64,000 bases of DNA from Candidatus Omnitrophota bacterium (GTDB taxonomy: Bacteria; Omnitrophota; Gorgyraeia; Gygaellales; Profunditerraquicolaceae), in assembly GCA_041651035.1 (NCBI GenBank), contig JBAZKC010000001.1, forward strand, positions 579,244 to 643,243, in the 5' to 3' direction. Below the pieces are notes generated by a model. That model saw only the letters and a list, made by a program, of their open reading frames with translations, had not been told where the DNA came from and searched no databases. Below are positions 63,001 through 64,000 of this stretch, piece by piece. The position numbers and the translations under genes were made by a program. How positions within the stretch are numbered: position 1 is the first letter of the stretch; each line of letters starts with the position of its first letter.

Positions 63001-64000
63001 TTGATTATAAAGATGGAAATCGGCAATTCGATACTTTTAAAACCGAGGAGGGGCAAATACGCCGGATCCCGTTTTTGCGAGACATCGTAACAAAGATTGT
63101 CAACGATGGCTTTGCCCCGAACGAAGTAATTATCGGAATATGGGATAACAATAATAAGCTCATCGCGTTCCAAAGAGCTGTAATGGAATTCCATAAGAAA
63201 GATCCTTTACGATTAAGAAGAACTCTTGCGATAGCAACTGCTGCGGCGCCATTTGTCCGTAAAACAAAACAATATGATACCGGCACGTTAATAATGGCTT
63301 TATTTAAAGCCGGCATATTATTTAACAGAATGTACGGTATACAGGTGATGCGTGGTACTACAGTCAATAAAGAAATTCTAAACCATCTTGTTAAACACGG
63401 TGCCCGAATATCTAAAACGATATTTAAAGGAGAGCCATGTTACATTTATGTTTTGCAAAGTATGCAGGTAAATACATATCTGAAATTTTGCAACCGGGTG
63501 GAGAAACTTTATGATAGCGGTAAATTTATCGATTATTTTAGGTTGATTCCGGAAGGAAATAATGATGAATTACCGATTCCACAAGCAATGGCTCATATCA
63601 GAATACGCTTAGGGCAAGGATCAAGAGCTAATATAGGAGGCTTGGGCAAAGACGCAGTTAGTTTACAAAGGGTTTTAAATTTAGAAGAATTTAACCACAG
63701 GGCTATTGATAGGCTCATTTTTACCGATGAATCATTTACTAGGGCCGGATTGCGGGGGGACTTGAAGGGGCCAAAGTTTAGAGATGGATTTGTTCTTCAG
63801 CTCTACAAGGAATCTCCATTTTTGTTTTCGGTGGTAGACAAACAAAGAGGAATAATAGGTATAGATGCTGCCCTTGAGAGAATAAGGCCGCTTGCTTTCA
63901 GAAGAATATTGATAGCGGTAGGCATTCAGCATTACCTGAGGGAAATATTCAGTAAAGACTGCCTCAGGGATATTATCAAAGAAGATATTAAGCATACTTT
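3..64000 (+). CDS. Internal fragment of one giant multidomain ORF, partial at both window edges (at least 21,332 codons in view). It carries cell-wall-binding and hydrolysing domains, membrane-spanning blocks and a chain of carbohydrate-metabolism enzyme domains.
   Basis: Codon-by-codon reading of frame 3 (codon starts at positions divisible by 3) found no in-frame TAA, TAG or TGA across the window. Recognisable protein motifs occur along its whole length. The ORF track has no frame-3 plus-strand entry, consistent with an ORF open at both edges, and all other-frame and minus-strand ORFs are short (196 aa or less). Confidence 0.85.
30..330 (+). other. M23 / LytM-family metallopeptidase domain (peptidoglycan endopeptidase fold)
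   Basis: Translation HPGIDIAADKGEEVLAAHKGVVVSCGYDNNLGNYITIDDGEYVTKYGHLDSI...GDTGLLCTGPHLHFEVY contains the HxxxD and HxH zinc-ligand motifs of the M23 family. Confidence 0.8.
8245..8315 (+). other. Single transmembrane helix followed by a Lys/Arg-rich stop-transfer stretch
   Basis: AWGLLLLPVFLVAVWFYNWMKGKRKEKKN: about 20 hydrophobic residues, then a basic cluster. Confidence 0.55.
9780..10350 (+). other. Polytopic membrane block (about 5-6 predicted TM helices)
   Basis: Long hydrophobic runs, e.g. TVLCIGGIGLIIGAILAYVSPLWVGTAVILASILGSLGILAI, LIPIVTVMIAAGLCFIFASTYLAIGTALISLGVMVSPLIL and IFWASIFSITSLYVFGVLTHFLFW...FIFTAGLVLLSFIPTLMSVYHVIIA. Confidence 0.55.
12320..13500 (+). other. Second polytopic membrane block (6 or more TM helices) ending in a Ser-rich low-complexity linker
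   Basis: Hydrophobic runs LFLFFHYFGAIFSLALLMTLPFISPFSAFAF, FLMAMAFTVKDIIIALPVFVFLIPYFF, LLGLIGIAGWLVNLFTV...IIILYLAAGIVFLSGMYVCGAF and VFIFRAIIRTITVLMAFVIGFGPALL...LLFISLPLMVFVGSFF, followed by ADSSSSSLSSPSVSSSPLVSP. This linker holds the first occurrence of the SSSP punctuation motif. Confidence 0.55.
14050..15110 (+). other. UDPGP-family (UTP-sugar-1-phosphate uridylyltransferase-like) nucleotidyltransferase domain, copy 1 (divergent)
   Basis: AEIVSAGGTSGRFFGYKV...KGHIPLVIMGSGNN...IHQANGDNVGAILD resembles the L(A/N)GG(Q/L)GT(R/S)(L/M)G pyrophosphorylase signature and the later family motifs. Assignment is from memory only. Confidence 0.35.
15600..16170 (+). other. Histidine-phosphatase (phosphoglycerate-mutase-like) domain with Arg to Pro in the RHG motif
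   Basis: LVIVPHGLTDADVEG...YYSGVNRTVQTAQAF...IIFGHGIFIKAV matches the branch-1 histidine phosphatase pattern (RHGxT ... R ... GH). Here the motif reads PHG instead of RHG. Confidence 0.5.
16325..18210 (+). other. Transketolase-like domain (TPP-binding, pyrimidine-binding and C-terminal parts) with the catalytic histidines replaced; probably non-catalytic
   Basis: GPLAGSMSVVELYTVLF...IIPKGSAASTLYAAAALTG...GSLEQGIGLALSG...LSDGSMQLGIDHQAKFAAHMKLNNLAVVIDINY aligns to the TktA N-terminal motifs (GHPG, SxGHGS, GPLGQG, GDGCxMEG, DDN). The two conserved His positions read G and S here. A TK C-terminal-like segment PVVFIVSGKTVLEALKAGQTLRSMGISFRIFNI follows. Confidence 0.55.
18600..19060 (+). other. 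Alpha-helical HEAT/armadillo-like repeat segment
   Basis: Periodic Leu/Ala-rich helices, e.g. ILLGRRIEILGRIGSVEGIEAILDALADSAV...IALNAIVNIGKPAVPYLKKHINDSRRPVRQTISLALSRI, resemble PBS-lyase HEAT repeats. Confidence 0.35.
20350..21590 (+). other. Phosphofructokinase domain, PPi-dependent type (GGDD signature)
   Basis: IHRIAVLTGGGPASGHN...LVTCGGDDTN...PKTMDNDI...VEVFGRNAGFVAM reproduces the PFK family motifs (GGGPAPG-N, GGDGS/GGDDS, PKTIDND, MGR). GGDD with GGGPA is typical of PPi-PFKs. Confidence 0.75.
21640..22170 (+). repeat. Module copy 1: signal-peptide-like hydrophobic segment (AFA-HY) - LysM-like domain - Pro/Lys-rich spacer - TM helix
   Basis: LLTFSLTALLFIFSFFPTSAFA HYFKDTPQGRVAVVEEWSSKDPQVNTLGGIGKDILEARGEEATLEALYGKDGNSGIVRELKDVNNLPTDLVSPGQEIKVP, then SYLLWALFGGAVICLGSAFLLILGKFKSKKK. 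About 235 bp (21,690-21,925) are roughly 90% identical at the DNA level to 31,008-31,243. Confidence 0.7.
22290..23990 (+). other. UDPGP-family (UTP--glucose-1-phosphate uridylyltransferase-like) domain, copy 2
   Basis: VSCHPMDGGLGTGV...IAEIKFLRV...FYNGDGIANFP...KAGLDKKGGQIG...NTNIALINYSVL and a C-terminal beta-helix-like tail are consistent with the eukaryote-type UGPase/UDPGP fold (GGLGT motif). Confidence 0.5.
25900..26090 (+). other. Pair of TM helices
   Basis: LTPLIGLTLLFSACIVI and YGLLFAFVVAFLPLYLAPI hydrophobic runs. Confidence 0.4.
26215..26990 (+). other. Class I SAM-dependent methyltransferase domain with an N-terminal Cys4 zinc-ribbon
   Basis: CVICGSKN...CRLVKCNECGLVC (zinc ribbon), then LLDIGAAFGYFLVAARNAGWQVIGTEIS...FDVITLFDVLEHF...KKDGVLLLRVP (MTase motifs I, II and post-II). 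Confidence 0.65.
27180..28800 (+). other. Glycogen/starch-synthase-like GT-B glycosyltransferase domain (GlgA-like), with the KTGGL lysine replaced (QVGGIADV)
   Basis: N-terminal FYVFEIPESQVGGIADVAMGLPEEI aligns to the GlgA KTGGLGDV/ADV motif. The C-terminal half (RLVSQKGISLFVDGAKQI...LVLGGPPE...INLFPSLYEPCGTVGKAAINMDVTIARLTGGIRESATE) matches the GT4/GT5 C-terminal E-x7-E region. Confidence 0.6.
28840..30735 (+). other. Alpha-glucan (glycogen/maltodextrin) phosphorylase domain, GT35 short type; the PLP-binding Lys position appears to be Arg
   Basis: ANTKGGLGAYFGDKLEGLAKIGMQAFGIQPAYS (GGLGxLAGD), LHLNEAHTVVAAA (NEGHAA), VYTNHTVVPPGMEIF and RRIVDYKSQYPML. EACGTSHQRTALNGG aligns to EASGTSNMKxxxNG, with R at the Schiff-base Lys position. 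Confidence 0.65.
30955..31500 (+). repeat. Module copy 2: signal-peptide-like segment (AFA-HY) - LysM-like - Pro/Lys/Gln-rich spacer - TM helix
   Basis: LAVFILTVLLTIFSFLPTPAFA HYFKDTPQGRVAVVEEWSSKDPQANTLSGIGKDMLEARGEEATLEALYGKDGNSGIVRELKGANNLSTDQIYPGQELKLP ... IHIFWAVISVLFTGILIYLGKILLIKILRK. A near-identical DNA stretch occurs at 21,690-21,925. Confidence 0.7.
31520..33330 (+). other. Phosphoglucomutase / phosphomannomutase family domain (all four signature motifs intact)
   Basis: IKFGTSGWRW; catalytic-Ser loop FTASHNPGKGY; metal-binding GVACDADADRNGIVD; sugar-binding LVAGEESQG; phosphate-binding tail IRFSGTEPVVRLY. Confidence 0.8.
33600..35470 (+). other. Glucose-6-phosphate isomerase (PGI)-like SIS-domain segment
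   Basis: IIIIKIGIGGQH...VIPSSKSGSTDESMMVF resemble the PGI signatures (G-I-G-G-S and SKSGTT-ET). Domain length of about 600 aa fits PGI. Confidence 0.55.
36130..36245 (+). other. Internal Tat/lipoprotein-like signal segment (RRxFxK twin-arginine-like motif and lipobox-like ISAC)
   Basis: VETTRRTFVKLSLAAAGALELLPISACSRE sits immediately downstream of the punctuation motif NSSSSPVKKE. It looks like the N-terminus of an independent secreted lipoprotein but lies mid-ORF. Confidence 0.45.
37600..38480 (+). other. Membrane block (several TM helices, two clusters)
   Basis: VVDLFVAATLFGIYLVYPGVALLKPVVLFFTYYI, AGLLFLFIEKAL, LIFFGSLTVLSFI, LYTIFMGFSCLFPFLFS and later FFIGFTLLACSISAIIYLLISVSSSIILIGISLVFPFMLAFFAY. 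Confidence 0.45.
40505..40885 (+). repeat. Three tandem copies of a 126-bp (42-aa) in-frame repeat
   Basis: YIRYCLPVLLAKTRNMSKLRAWNQEIITWIKDYQYT / YVRNCLPVLLDRVRDIDELNAWNKAIMKLIQTYKEM / YVKNTLPVLLSRAKDIAELDSWSEEMMKLLEE, with matching DNA-level similarity (gcctgcctgttttatta recurs). Confidence 0.7.
41200..41630 (+). other. SAM-dependent methyltransferase-like Rossmann domain (second of three)
   Basis: RVLWIGPGRGYELYELLYLI...FDVIVVGHDV...LKQDGVAFADLYL: glycine-rich motif I, acidic motif II and a post-II loop. Confidence 0.4.
41880..43100 (+). other. GH13 (alpha-amylase superfamily) catalytic-domain-like segment
   Basis: ELLPYLRNSGAAGIYLYGGLFPQS (region I-like), AKLGMKVYVDFIPWL, GVRGLRADLAAYM (region II GFRxDAA with the catalytic Asp) and WIMEAYE (region III Glu candidate). 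Confidence 0.5.
44835..46850 (+). other. 1,4-alpha-glucan branching enzyme domain (GlgB, GH13_9) with intact catalytic triad motifs and an inserted KE-rich tandem repeat
   Basis: [21 protein letters not shown] (CBM48), VYELHLGSW, IGVIIDWVPAHF, IDGLRVDAVASMIY, ILTIAEESTNWPGVS, MKWGMGWMHD, LALSHDEVVHGKGS and a C-terminal all-beta tail VYLTLPPLGMTVLKRR. Confidence 0.85.
46019..46072 (+). repeat. 18-bp x3 tandem repeat (gaaaggcttgagaaagag-like) encoding ERLEKE KRLEKE GRLEKK, inserted in the GlgB catalytic domain between the WPGVS and MKWGMGW motifs
   Basis: Three consecutive near-identical 18-mers are visible directly in the sequence. Confidence 0.85.
49320..49900 (+). other. Class I SAM-dependent methyltransferase domain (third copy) containing a 24-bp x2 tandem duplication
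   Basis: KILSIGCGFCELEEV...VIGLDISFEMIN...FNAVVFSESLGHM...ANYVLVAGGELFITT. An internal repeat atgcttaaggccggccgctttgag / atgtttaaggctggccgcgatgaa at 49,575-49,622 encodes MLKAGRFE MFKAGRDE. Confidence 0.6.
50070..50680 (+). repeat. Cassette: punctuation motif - Trp-rich helix (LHWYIWKL) - PBS-lyase-type HEAT repeats (first of four such cassettes)
   Basis: RSSSPLNINSEPLIYVQLHWYIWKL...VRANAAKILGNIG...VRAKAARALGRLRAAEAADFLINALDDLFWVVRLAAVIALGRLGETKAIERLL...IRAEAAKALGNLGAAEA...VRKTAGLAL. Similar cassettes occur near 51,500-51,840, 55,230-55,500 and 58,040-58,420. Confidence 0.6.
50820..50950 (+). repeat. Two direct copies of a 45-bp element about 78 bp apart (cgcctatttaatttnctgcgcntgccagg)
   Basis: VRRLFNLLRMPGRLRK ... 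IQRLFNFLRVPGLFKR are visible at both the DNA and protein level. Confidence 0.6.
52025..52470 (+). other. TPR repeat domain (about 4 repeats)
   Basis: AIGMFTRAIELDPACLDAYEARGYIYFNRGEYKEAIVDFNKVIEFNPRYTVVYNDRGRAFYYLERYKEAAADFTTVIKLKPNSVNAYIGRGAACYYLGKYEEARADFCEAFKLNPKN is a canonical 34-aa TPR periodicity. It is preceded by a signal-peptide-like FFISLFLAFIIPIMSATSLA QEK. Confidence 0.75.
53685..53970 (+). repeat. Tandem duplication (about 150 bp) encoding a hydrophobic TM hairpin
   Basis: SLPFTFCMLYFAYNKINAYKSTRLRLSLSAAGILSSAISLITGSG / YLPFTFCMFYFINASKSIKLGLSLATAGILSSAISLITGGG; the DNA is near-identical over about 120 bp. Confidence 0.7.
55900..58000 (+). repeat. Array of a novel alpha-solenoid repeat family (unit about 40 aa, consensus x-x-E/Q-R-L-A-G-x-I/F-E/D-Q-x-L-x-N-x-P-D/E-L-x-P-T-F-E/K-Q-L), organised into larger modules with conserved start and end cap motifs
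   Basis: Units: IGERLAGYIKQLFYHKSDFKPTFKQLSFLISIF, IQERLAGTIERILCNNPDLRLTQKQFDNLVAVF, IRQKLAGVFDQALSNEPEIIPIIVQDRLIGVF, IRHRIGCIIKHILRGDPDILIPGL. Start caps: SWKLFEIVRNIGESLLDNSELLEPVISVFLWAK and NWEQYQIAIEIEDDLIDNVNLLTPILNVILRTK. End caps: IEQAINRNPESLMPVFILGLSDPDVRK and IEQALGRSSQRLMPVFISGLDDPEVR. A third short module lies at 60,880-61,130. Confidence 0.55.
60200..60760 (+). other. HD-GYP-like phosphohydrolase domain (variant signature HHENYDGSGYYG)
   Basis: HCARVFAYAWQII...LLIAALLHDIGKLQIP...IIQRHPIIGSQML...VKEHHENYDGSGYYGL...IIRVADTLDAM matches the HD and HHExxDGxGYP motifs of HD-GYP c-di-GMP phosphodiesterases, with GYY in place of GYP. Confidence 0.6.

Noticed and set aside
1-64000. 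Stop-codon reassignment (an alternative genetic code) as the explanation for the long ORF
   Set aside because: None of the three stop codons occurs in frame, so no single reassignment is needed or indicated. A recoded organism would still show the reassigned codon in frame.
1-64000. rRNA, tRNA, CRISPR arrays, IS elements/transposases, promoters and terminators
   Set aside because: No rRNA/tRNA-like structured GC-rich segments, repeat-spacer arrays or transposase motifs were seen. The window appears to be entirely internal coding sequence, so no promoter or terminator is expected.

Overview
The whole 64 kb window lies inside one uninterrupted plus-strand reading frame (frame 3, codons starting at positions divisible by 3). 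It is open at both window edges, so at least 21,332 codons of a single giant multidomain gene are visible here. I read the frame codon by codon and found no TAA, TAG or TGA. The supplied ORF track agrees: it has no frame-3 plus-strand ORF at all, as expected if the ORF caller needs a stop inside the window. Every plus-strand ORF in the other two frames is under 100 aa, and the longest minus-strand ORF is 196 aa. GC content is moderate (roughly 40-45% by eye, not computed), and very large ORFs of this kind are known from Omnitrophota-like uncultivated bacteria; I treat that placement as a guess.

The architecture is a mosaic:
- Cell-wall-targeting elements: an N-terminal M23 (LytM-type) peptidase, two copies of a signal-peptide/TM - LysM - TM module, and several polytopic TM blocks.
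- Enzymes of glycogen and upper glycolytic metabolism fused in frame: a transketolase-like domain, PPi-type phosphofructokinase, two UDPGP-like nucleotidyltransferases, a GlgA-like glycogen synthase, a GT35 alpha-glucan phosphorylase, phosphoglucomutase, glucose-6-phosphate isomerase, a GH13 amylase-like domain and a GlgB branching enzyme.
- Accessory domains: three SAM methyltransferase folds, a histidine phosphatase, an HD-GYP domain, TPR repeats, several PBS-lyase HEAT-repeat cassettes and a new solenoid repeat family.

The strongest signal is a short punctuation motif, [A/S]-S-S-P-[L/V/I], present about 50 times from 13.4 kb onward and absent before that. About a dozen copies share the nucleotide core AGCTCGCCGGT. 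The motif sits at domain boundaries and is often followed by segments that look like signal peptides, a lipobox or a Tat signal. That pattern suggests either a processed polyprotein or a gene built by in-frame cassette joining. No rRNA, tRNA, CRISPR array or transposase was recognised. All coordinates are approximate (about +/-30 nt), and every domain call rests on motifs recognised by eye, with no searches run.
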